Of a DNA stretch of 39,655 nucleotides, positions 17,636 to 25,704 are shown in pieces. Source of the stretch: an uncultured Planctomycetia bacterium (GTDB taxonomy: Bacteria > Omnitrophota > Gorgyraeia > Gorgyraeales > Gorgyraeaceae); the NCBI GenBank assembly GCA_964637815.1, contig CAZWYD010000001.1, forward strand, positions 1 through 39,655. The letters run 5' to 3'. A model generated the notes under the pieces. That model was given only the letters and a program-made list of their open reading frames with translations. It made no database searches and had not been told where the DNA came from. The translations under genes and the position numbers were made by a program. Every line of letters starts with the position of its first letter. Position 1 is the first letter of the stretch.

Positions 17636-18592
17636 ATGCAAAGAATGATGAAGATATTGTATCTTGGGTCAGGACATGCTTCAATCCAGGCATTTTGCAA
17701 TCTGGCAGAAAAAAAATTCAATATAACTGGATTAGTTCTTTCAAAAGTTCCGAAAAATATACCTTCGAGGTCTTCTGGTAGTGACGCTATTAAAAAAGCA
17801 GCCATGCAGTATAATATAAAAGCATATTCTTATACTGAATTATTAAAGGCTGTAAAAGAAACTTCTCCTGAGTTGATAGTTGTAAATAATTTTATTGATA
17901 TAGTACCTCCGAAAATTATAGATAATTATAAATGTATCAATTTGCACTATGCCTTATTGCCTAAATATAGGGGGCTGCATGCTACGCAATGGGCATTGAT
18001 AAATTGCGAAAAGGAGGTGGGTTTTACCGTACATTTTATGACGAGAGGGTTTGATGATGGTGATATCCTGTATCAGGGCAGGATAAAGGTCTGTGATAAT
18101 GATACTATAAACACGCTATATTCTAAGCTTAATAAAGAATCAGCCATGGCATTGCCAAAGGTGGTTGAGCAGATTGAGAAAAATACCTATAAAGCGGTTT
18201 CGCAGAACGAACGCATGGCTACCTATGTGCAGAGAAGATATCCGTCGGACGGTCTGATAAACTGGAATTCAACGTCATTAGAGATATTTAATCTGATAAG
18301 GGCGCTGGCATATCCTTATCCAGGCGCTTATACTTTTTATAAAAATGAGAAATTGATAATATGGAAGGCATCGCTTTGCAAATCTCCTTTTTATAAAGAG
18401 ATACCGGGCCGTGTGGTTAAAATTACAGAAAAAGGTATTTTGGTAAAAACCAGAGATAATCTTCTTAATGTCGAGAAAGTGCAGTATGGTAAAAACAAGA
18501 CACGGGATGCTAGCGCGCTTTTTAGGAAACCAGGGGCAAGATTAGGCATAAGTATGAACGATTTAATACAGAAATATATGGGACCGGCTTAG
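17636..18592 (+). CDS. Formyltransferase (Fmt/ArnA-N/sugar N-formyltransferase family) with Fmt-like C-terminal domain
   Basis: CINLHYALLPKYRGLHATQWALIN provides the Asn/His motif and FDDGDIL the catalytic Asp context. The C-terminal YPGAYTFY...LIIWKA resembles the Fmt C-terminal domain. Confidence 0.85.
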   Translation: MQRMMKILYLGSGHASIQAFCNLAEKKFNITGLVLSKVPKNIPSRSSGSDAIKKAAMQYNIKAYSYTELLKAVKETSPELIVVNNFIDIVPPKIIDNYKCINLHYALLPKYRGLHATQWALINCEKEVGFTVHFMTRGFDDGDILYQGRIKVCDNDTINTLYSKLNKESAMALPKVVEQIEKNTYKAVSQNERMATYVQRRYPSDGLINWNSTSLEIFNLIRALAYPYPGAYTFYKNEKLIIWKASLCKSPFYKEIPGRVVKITEKGILVKTRDNLLNVEKVQYGKNKTRDASALFRKPGARLGISMNDLIQKYMGPA

Positions 18593-18594
18593 AT

Positions 18595-19968
18595 ATGTTT
18601 TATTATAAACTTACACCCGCGAGTTGCAAAAAGATTAAGACCAGATACAGAAAAATTGTAACAGGGCTTCCTGTAAAGGAATCTGTGCGTATCTTAAAAG
18701 AGATGCATAAGTTTGAACCTAGATCGGTATCTGGCCAGCCTCCAATTATCTGGGATTGCGCAGAAGGAGTAAATGTGTTTGATAAATATGGCAATATGTG
18801 GCTGGACTGGAGTTCTGGAGTTTTAGTGGCGAATTCCGGCCATAGCAGAGGCAGGATTAAGAAAAGTATCTCAGATCTGATTAATAAAAGCCTTATATTC
18901 TCCTATTATTTTCCGACAGAGGTTCGGATCGAACTGGCAAAAAGAATAATAGCTATTTCACCTAAGGGCTTGGACAAGGTATTTTTATTAACCACAGGCG
19001 CAGAGGCTACTGAAAATGCCTTAAAACTTGCCAAGACTTATGCGTTAAAAAAATACGGGAAAGAGAAAAAAATTATCTTAAGTTTCATTAATGCATTTCA
19101 TGGACGCACAATGGGTGCGCAGCTAATGGGAGGCAATCCAAAGGCCAAGGAGTGGATAGGCGAGTTGGATAAAACATTTATTCAGGTTCCATTTCCAGAT
19201 GGATTTAGGGATAAAAATACAGATTTCCACTTTTTCTTAAAGGAATTAAACAAAAATAACATAGCCCCTTCTCAAGTTGCGGGCGTAATTATGGAATCAT
19301 ATCAGGGAGGAGGAGCAAGTTTTGCACCGAAAGAATATGTAAGGAGGCTTTTAGAATGGTGCCATAAAAGCGATATTTTGTTTATAGCTGATGAAGTTCA
19401 GTCAGGTTTTGGTCGCACCGGTAGGCTGTTTGCTTTTGAACATTATGGCGTAGTTCCGGATATTGTATGCTGCGGAAAAGGAATTACAAGTTCTCTGCCC
19501 ATGTCCGCTGTTATAGGAAGGAAAGATATATTGGATTTATACGGGTCAGGCGAGATGTCGAGTACTCATGGCGGACATCCATTGTCCTGTGCTGCTGCGT
19601 TGGCTAATATTGAGATTTTATTTGAAGAGGATTTGATTGGGAATGCGTTAAAGTTGGGGAAAGTGTTAACAGCTTCTTTGGAAATATTGAAAAATAAATA
19701 TCCTGATATTATCGGAGCTGTGCATGGTAAAGGTCTTGTCAGTGGCCTGCACATTATTAGGTCAAGAAAAAATATGGAACCAGATACTGATAAGGCGCAT
19801 TCTATTGTAGAGAGATGTTTCAGGAGAGGTTTGCTTATATTTTCTCCTGTGGGATACGGTGCTGCTACCATAAAGATTGCACCGCCTTTGATTATAAATA
19901 AAGAAGCGCTTCTTGAAGGAGTTTCTGTGTTGGACGAGGCAATAAGCGGGGCAGGAAAAGAGATATAG
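18595..19968 (+). CDS. Class III (omega-type) PLP aminotransferase
   Basis: TTGAEATENALKLA, ADEVQSGFGRTG, the PLP-lysine context CCGKGITSSLPMSAVIG and STHGGHPL fit this class. Confidence 0.85.
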   Translation: MFYYKLTPASCKKIKTRYRKIVTGLPVKESVRILKEMHKFEPRSVSGQPPIIWDCAEGVNVFDKYGNMWLDWSSGVLVANSGHSRGRIKKSISDLINKSLIFSYYFPTEVRIELAKRIIAISPKGLDKVFLLTTGAEATENALKLAKTYALKKYGKEKKIILSFINAFHGRTMGAQLMGGNPKAKEWIGELDKTFIQVPFPDGFRDKNTDFHFFLKELNKNNIAPSQVAGVIMESYQGGGASFAPKEYVRRLLEWCHKSDILFIADEVQSGFGRTGRLFAFEHYGVVPDIVCCGKGITSSLPMSAVIGRKDILDLYGSGEMSSTHGGHPLSCAAALANIEILFEEDLIGNALKLGKVLTASLEILKNKYPDIIGAVHGKGLVSGLHIIRSRKNMEPDTDKAHSIVERCFRRGLLIFSPVGYGAATIKIAPPLIINKEALLEGVSVLDEAISGAGKEI

Positions 19969-19971
19969 GAC

Positions 19972-20736
19972 ATGACAAGGAATCCGCAGTTAAAGATTAG
20001 AGAAAGATATGATGGTGCAGGGATGTTGAAAGATATCCGATTCAGGCACGTCTTGCTCAAGAAAGACATGAACTTTAAATCCGATAGCTACGAGACAGCT
20101 ATAGTGATATTAAAGGGAAAGTGTCGTATTTATGTGCGTGGCATTGAATACCGCTTGAAACGTAAGGATGTGTTTACAGAGAAGCCAAGCGCAGTCTATG
20201 TCTCTGTTCAGGATGCAGTTAAAATAAAAAGGGACTCGGAATTTTGCGAAATAGCAATATGTCAAACTCTCTCTGCTGAAAAGAAAAAGACTTCTCTTAT
20301 ATTAAAGGAAAAAGTTAATAAAGAGGAGCGCGGTAAACTCCCTTATAAAAGATATGTTTTTGATATAATCAGTGAACAGTTTAATGCCGGCACCATGCTC
20401 ATTGGCGAGACAATTAATTTTTCTGGAAATTGGTCGAGCTATCCTCCACATAAACATGATGCAAACAGTCTTCCCTATGAAACAAAGATGGAGGAATTGT
20501 ATTTCTTTAAGCTTTGGCCAGATAACGGCTTTGGATTCCAACGGTTATATACAAAAGATAGGTCGATTGACAAGACATTATTGATAGAAAATAATGATAT
20601 CGTGTTGATCCCTAAAGGTTATCACCCTGTATGTGTAATGCCGGGTTATAAATTATATTATCTTTGGATTCTTGCAGGCAAAAATCGGATACTGAAACCC
20701 AACGAGGACAGTGCATATGCATGGACTAAGACATAA
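19972..20736 (+). CDS. IolB/KduI-like cupin (5-deoxy-glucuronate isomerase family)
   Basis: NWSSYPPHKHDANSLPYETKMEELYFF and the C-terminal IPKGYHPV match the IolB signature region by eye. It starts 3 nt after the aminotransferase stop. Confidence 0.72.
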   Translation: MTRNPQLKIRERYDGAGMLKDIRFRHVLLKKDMNFKSDSYETAIVILKGKCRIYVRGIEYRLKRKDVFTEKPSAVYVSVQDAVKIKRDSEFCEIAICQTLSAEKKKTSLILKEKVNKEERGKLPYKRYVFDIISEQFNAGTMLIGETINFSGNWSSYPPHKHDANSLPYETKMEELYFFKLWPDNGFGFQRLYTKDRSIDKTLLIENNDIVLIPKGYHPVCVMPGYKLYYLWILAGKNRILKPNEDSAYAWTKT

Positions 20737-20755
20737 ACAGGAAAGCACAGGCAAT

Positions 20756-22786
20756 ATGATGTATTTATATTCTGTTTTTCACTTGAACCTAATGTACTCT
20801 TCTATAAAGGAAGAGGATTGGCCAAAGGTTATAAAGATATGTTACTGGCCCATATTGGATATTATAAAATCCTTGGAAATTCCCCTGGGGATAGAAATTT
20901 CCGGACATTCGTTAGAAATGATTAAAAAGATTGATTCGAGATGGATAAGTTCATTCAAAAAATTATTGAAAGCCGGAAAAACTGAACTTATAGGAAGCGG
21001 TTATATGCAGATAATAGGACCCTTGATCCCGAGAGAAATTAATGCATATAACCATAAATTTGGATTGGATAGTTATAGAAAAATACTGGATTGTGTTCCG
21101 GAGATTGCATTAGTTAATGAGCAGGCTTATTCCTGCGGTTTAATAGATGGCTATAAAAAGGCAGGATACAAGGCTGTTATAATGGAGTGGGATAATCCTT
21201 TTCGTTTTCATCCGGAATGGGATAGCAGATGGAGGTATTATCCCCAGATGGCTAGCGATGATTGCGGAAACTGTATCCCTGTAATTTGGAACAACGCAAT
21301 CTTGTTTCAGAAATTTCAAAGATATGCACATGGGGAGATTGAGCTTGAAGAATATATGTCTTACCTAAAAAGCCATTTTCTTGGAGAAGAAACAGTACTT
21401 TCATTATACGGGAATGATGCTGAGACTTTTGATTTCAGGCCGGGTCGTTTTCACACAGAATCAGATATCCATAAAGGCGGAGAATGGAATAGAATCAAGG
21501 TATTACTTAAGGGATTAAAAAAAGATTCCAAATTTAGTTTTATTTTGCCATCCGGGGCATTGAAGTTTACAAGGCAGCCTTTGGCAAATAACAGGATTCA
21601 TTTAGAGTCATGCGCTCAACCTATACCGGTTAAAAAACAGGAAAAGTATAATATTGCAAGATGGGCGGTGACTGGCAGGAACGATACTATAATCAATACC
21701 AAATGCTACCGTCTCTATGATTATTTAAAGGATTGCAATAAGAGCGGAAAAAATAAAGCAGAAACAGAAGGCTTATGGAGGAAATTGTGTTATTTATGGA
21801 GCAGTGATTTCAGGACTCATATAGAAAAAGCCCGCTGGAGAGTGTTTAATAAAGATTTAAATTATACGCTAAAAAAAGCAAAAAAGATTTACGAAAGCAC
21901 GATTACGAAAAATGAAAAGTTCAAACCAAACAATCAAATAATTCCAAGTTCGATACCTGAAGTTAGGCGCATAAAAACAAAAATAGAGATAGAAAATAAA
22001 AAAAATGAACTGATTTTAAATTGCAATAAAGGCCTTACAATAACTTCTTTGATATTTAAGGACATAAGTCCATGTCCTTTAATAGGGACGATTTCTCATG
22101 GTTATTATGATGATATAAGTCTAGGGGCGGATTATTTTACAGGTCATACGATTATAGAGGGAGCTGATTTAAAAAAGTTTACTGATTTAGCAAGTGTAGT
22201 ACCAGACATATTGGATGGTTTTAGCAGTCAAAAGCCGTATATTCAGGTAAGAGGCACTATTAAATTGGGCTGTGGGACAATAAAGAAGGAGATAAATTTT
22301 TATTTATTAGAATCCAAGATAGACATACGCTATATTTTTAATCTTAATTTCGGAGTCCCTGTTTCTTTAAGGACAGGCATCGTCACATTGTTACCTGAAG
22401 CCTTTGATAAAAATACGCTGTATTACAAGACTGTAAATGGCGGTACGCATAAAGAAACCTTTAGAATTGGCGGGACTGCCTCAATCAATTTCGGTGCTCC
22501 GGTTAGCAGGATGGTTACGGCCAGCCATTGTTTAGGAGCTACGGACGGTTGGTTAGAGATGGGTGACAAAGATAAGAATATCAGAATTTATTCGGATAAG
22601 GCTAAGATGTATAGCGTGCCAATGTTAGAATATAAGACTGTTTCAAATTCATATTTTTTAAGATGCCTTAATTCTTTAAGAGAAATAGATGAAACCTCAA
22701 TAGAGGGAAAAGGTTTTAAGGGCGAAATAAAATTTTCTATTATAGCAAGTAAGAATAAACAAAAAGAGAAACGGTGTAGCACCTAA
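20756..22786 (+). CDS. GH57-like glycoside hydrolase-fold protein with large uncharacterised C-terminal half
   Basis: N-terminal FHLNLMYSS, GKTELIGSGYMQIIGPLIP, ALVNEQAYS (candidate nucleophile Glu, nt 21119-21121) and YGNDAETFDF (candidate acid/base Asp, nt 21416-21418) resemble conserved GH57 regions. The ATG at 20756 follows the iolB-like stop, and I prefer it to the track's overlapping GTG at 20711. Confidence 0.6.
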   Translation: MMYLYSVFHLNLMYSSIKEEDWPKVIKICYWPILDIIKSLEIPLGIEISGHSLEMIKKIDSRWISSFKKLLKAGKTELIGSGYMQIIGPLIPREINAYNHKFGLDSYRKILDCVPEIALVNEQAYSCGLIDGYKKAGYKAVIMEWDNPFRFHPEWDSRWRYYPQMASDDCGNCIPVIWNNAILFQKFQRYAHGEIELEEYMSYLKSHFLGEETVLSLYGNDAETFDFRPGRFHTESDIHKGGEWNRIKVLLKGLKKDSKFSFILPSGALKFTRQPLANNRIHLESCAQPIPVKKQEKYNIARWAVTGRNDTIINTKCYRLYDYLKDCNKSGKNKAETEGLWRKLCYLWSSDFRTHIEKARWRVFNKDLNYTLKKAKKIYESTITKNEKFKPNNQIIPSSIPEVRRIKTKIEIENKKNELILNCNKGLTITSLIFKDISPCPLIGTISHGYYDDISLGADYFTGHTIIEGADLKKFTDLASVVPDILDGFSSQKPYIQVRGTIKLGCGTIKKEINFYLLESKIDIRYIFNLNFGVPVSLRTGIVTLLPEAFDKNTLYYKTVNGGTHKETFRIGGTASINFGAPVSRMVTASHCLGATDGWLEMGDKDKNIRIYSDKAKMYSVPMLEYKTVSNSYFLRCLNSLREIDETSIEGKGFKGEIKFSIIASKNKQKEKRCST

Positions 22787-22845
22787 TTATATAGTGACCA
22801 CTTTGGAAAAGAAAGCAAAAATAGATATCAGGAAGGAGTTCGAAT

Positions 22846-23574
22846 ATGAGCAGAGTAAGTTTTGAAAATTTTGGAAAACTCGCGCGGTCTTTAAAAGACC
22901 CTACTTTGGCATCAGGAAGATATAGCATACAGGAAGGCGATAAGAAAAAGATTACAGGAGACGTCATAAAAAAACTTGAGTTAAAACCGGAAGATCGTGT
23001 TTTAGAAATAGGTTGCGGCGTAGGAGATTTGTTAATTCCCCTTTCTTTTTTTGTCAAAGAGATTACAGGCATTGATCATGAATCCTGCCTGAAGAGCCTG
23101 TGCAGAAGGCTTGGAAGGGTCGATAATATCCGACTTATTCAGGGAAATTTTTTTGATATTTGTCCGAATAAGGCCTATGATAAAATATTATGTTATAGTG
23201 TTATACAATATATTAAAGACAAAAAGGAAGTTTTTAATTTCATAGATAAGGCCTTACGCCTATTAACACCTGGAGGAATGGCGCTTTTCGGAGATATACC
23301 GAATCAATCTACGAAAGAAAGATTTCTTAACTCTGAACATGGCAGGCAATTTGTCAAAGAGTGGCAGGTTTTGATGAATGTGGAAAAATCCAAAGGCCAT
23401 AAACAGATAAATTTAACACAGGACAAAGGATTGGCAAGGTTTGATGATAATCTCACGCTAGCTGTATTAAAGAAGTTTCGGCTGAAGGGATATCATACAT
23501 ATATTCTTGCTCAGCCACCTGATCTTCCTTTTGGAAACACCCGTGAAGATATTCTTATTGTAAAGACATCATGA
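22846..23574 (+). CDS. Class I SAM-dependent methyltransferase
   Basis: It carries SAM motif VLEIGCGVGDLL, ITGIDHE and LTPGGMALFGDIPN. An AGGAAGGAG RBS lies upstream. Confidence 0.8.
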   Translation: MSRVSFENFGKLARSLKDPTLASGRYSIQEGDKKKITGDVIKKLELKPEDRVLEIGCGVGDLLIPLSFFVKEITGIDHESCLKSLCRRLGRVDNIRLIQGNFFDICPNKAYDKILCYSVIQYIKDKKEVFNFIDKALRLLTPGGMALFGDIPNQSTKERFLNSEHGRQFVKEWQVLMNVEKSKGHKQINLTQDKGLARFDDNLTLAVLKKFRLKGYHTYILAQPPDLPFGNTREDILIVKTS

Positions 23575-23593
23575 TATATCAAGGAGAAGGGAT

Positions 23594-24580
23594 ATGAGAA
23601 ACAGCAGGCAGAATCTAGTAGAGTTATGGCGTACAGGACCTTTTAATTTACCATTAAAGGATAAAAGGCGTTTTACTCTGAAATATATATTTCCTAGTGG
23701 CAGGCAGGCTATAGCTTGTTCATTAAAGCATGCGGGCTTAAGTCGTTCCAGGAGGATGGCTTTCCCAGAATGGAGTTCGCATTGTGTTATAAGCGCATTG
23801 GGAAGGCATGTTACTCCTGTGCCCCTAAATGAAGTTCTCAAATATGGCATTGAGATAGACGCTGTGTTATTGTATGAACAATGGGGTTGGCCTTTTACAA
23901 ACTCTGCATGGGAGGCTCTGGAAGAAAGATTTAAGAATAAAATAATAATATTGGATATGGTTGATTCAGCCGATTTTTATTTTAACAGGAGAGAATGCCC
24001 AAACTGTAAAACTTTAATAGAGATTTTGAGTCTGAACAAGATATTGGGCTTGCGTGGTGGTGGTTTAGCATATTTTAATAGAAGACCTTTGGTATTCGCG
24101 CCTACCTTAAAATCACAATTGACAAAGATGCTTGACGATCAAAGGAAAAACAGTATCTTTAAAAAGGATTTTGGATACAGGGACTATTTTCAAAATAGCG
24201 ATCAAGCAGTAAATCCTGCAATCGTAAACTGGGTAAAACAAAATGACCTTTTGGGCGCAATTGAAGCAGAAAGGGAAATTAGACAGAACAACCTTCATTT
24301 TTTATTAAGGAGCCGCTTTTCTTCCTGTTGGCCTAAATGGATGGTAGATGTTGTAGAAAATGGCGCGGGCCCAGGAATAGCACCAATTATGAAAGGGGCA
24401 GGGGAGAAAAGGTTAAGGACGCTAGCGTCTGTTTTGGAAAAAGAACATAAAATGAGAGCTGTTATTTACCACTTTAACTGGTCAGGAAATCCGCTGAAAC
24501 CGTCTTATGAAAAGTGTCTTGCTGTTCCTGTACATGGTATGGTTAAGGATTTATACAGTATTTTAAAGAACATAAGGTAA
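23594..24580 (+). CDS. Hypothetical protein, divergent DegT/PLP-dependent-transferase-like fold
   Basis: Segments line up by eye with DegT landmarks: SGRQAIACSLKHAGL (cf. SGTAAL), IIILDMVDSA (cf. vIEDaAqA) and LSLNKILGLRGGGLA (cf. FSFHxxKxxxxGEGG). Overall similarity is weak. The coding call is good but the function call is tentative. Confidence 0.4.
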   Translation: MRNSRQNLVELWRTGPFNLPLKDKRRFTLKYIFPSGRQAIACSLKHAGLSRSRRMAFPEWSSHCVISALGRHVTPVPLNEVLKYGIEIDAVLLYEQWGWPFTNSAWEALEERFKNKIIILDMVDSADFYFNRRECPNCKTLIEILSLNKILGLRGGGLAYFNRRPLVFAPTLKSQLTKMLDDQRKNSIFKKDFGYRDYFQNSDQAVNPAIVNWVKQNDLLGAIEAEREIRQNNLHFLLRSRFSSCWPKWMVDVVENGAGPGIAPIMKGAGEKRLRTLASVLEKEHKMRAVIYHFNWSGNPLKPSYEKCLAVPVHGMVKDLYSILKNIR

Positions 24581-24585
24581 TTAGT

Positions 24586-25704
24586 ATGAAATTTGCGGAG
24601 TTCAATGATTTTACGCCTCAAGAATGGGATGACTGCATAAAAGCGGTTCCTGAGTCTACGTATCTGCATAGTTCATGGTGGTTAAGGTATTTGAACGCGA
24701 TGCATTCTGACGTAGTCAATAAAAGCTTTATTTTATTTGAAGGAGCGTTGCCTATAGCAATTTGCCCTATCGCTGTGCATAAGACAAGCAATTTGGGGAT
24801 GGAATACATGGAGGCGACGTTTGGCGGTTTTTCAAGCATTTATCCTGCAATAATTAAACTGCCTCCGACTCAAAGAAGGCGGGTTGTCCGTAAAGTTTTT
24901 GCTCTGATGGACGAAAGAATGGAGATGTGTGAAGTTAAAAACTCCAGGCTTTTCAGACATCCTATAAACTTAGATGTTATGAACGGAGGGCTCAGTATTA
25001 CTAATATGACCGAGGGTATTTCACATGGTTATATCCCTTATGTGAAGAATTCCGTGATAATAGATCTCAGAAAAGAAGAAGATTGCCTGATGCATGAGAT
25101 GAGCCAGTACCAGCGGAAAAATATAAGAAAGTCAGAAAAACAAAAGTTGTCTGTAAAGGAATACAGGGGCGAAGCCAAAGATACAGATGAAATTTTCGAT
25201 GATTTTAAATCTGCACATTTCAATAGTTCTGGCCGGCTTACCAGGCCTATGGAGACGTGGGACATGATGAAGGATTTGTTAAAGAAGAATATGGCCGTGC
25301 TATTTGCTGTCTCTACAGAGGAAGGAAAGAATATTAGTTATTTATATTGCGGAGAATTTCACAAATTCTGTTTTGGATGGTCGCAGGTTAACCTTAAGGA
25401 ATGCGAAGGTTTCCATTCTCCTCGCCATCTTTTAGAATGGGAAGCCATGTTGTTTTATAAAGCAAGGGGGTTTTATTTTTATGAAATCGGTCCCAAGAAT
25501 GATTCGTCTCAGCCGAATCATATTCCTACATATAAGGAATCGACTATCTCTCAGATAAAGGAGAGATACGGCGGAGATTTATATTGCTGGCTTTATTTTG
25601 AAAAATTTTTTGATAAAAGATTATTCGAGACAGTATATAATGATAGATTGAAAAATTTTTTAGCCTCCAATTATTTTTTACGCAAGGATACAAATGAAAC
25701 ATAG
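24586..25704 (+). CDS. FemAB-family / double-GNAT (aminoacyl-tRNA-dependent peptidyltransferase-like) protein
   Basis: Size (372 aa), an N-terminus of the FemX type (W..C......TYLHSSWWLRY) and the central EMSQYQRKNIRKSEKQKLSVKEY motif fit FemAB-like transferases. Confidence 0.65.
   Translation: MKFAEFNDFTPQEWDDCIKAVPESTYLHSSWWLRYLNAMHSDVVNKSFILFEGALPIAICPIAVHKTSNLGMEYMEATFGGFSSIYPAIIKLPPTQRRRVVRKVFALMDERMEMCEVKNSRLFRHPINLDVMNGGLSITNMTEGISHGYIPYVKNSVIIDLRKEEDCLMHEMSQYQRKNIRKSEKQKLSVKEYRGEAKDTDEIFDDFKSAHFNSSGRLTRPMETWDMMKDLLKKNMAVLFAVSTEEGKNISYLYCGEFHKFCFGWSQVNLKECEGFHSPRHLLEWEAMLFYKARGFYFYEIGPKNDSSQPNHIPTYKESTISQIKERYGGDLYCWLYFEKFFDKRLFETVYNDRLKNFLASNYFLRKDTNET

Noticed and set aside
9365-22786. 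An aminoglycoside/aminocyclitol-type small-molecule cluster (class III aminotransferases, B12-rSAM methylases, IolB-like, Gfo/Idh/MocA genes recall gentamicin/fortimicin-type logic)
   Set aside because: I saw no inosose or 2-deoxy-scyllo-inosose synthase, resistance gene or dedicated exporter. The Wza/Wzz/Wzx and CMP-nonulosonate context argues for a cell-surface polymer. I keep it only as an enzymological analogy.
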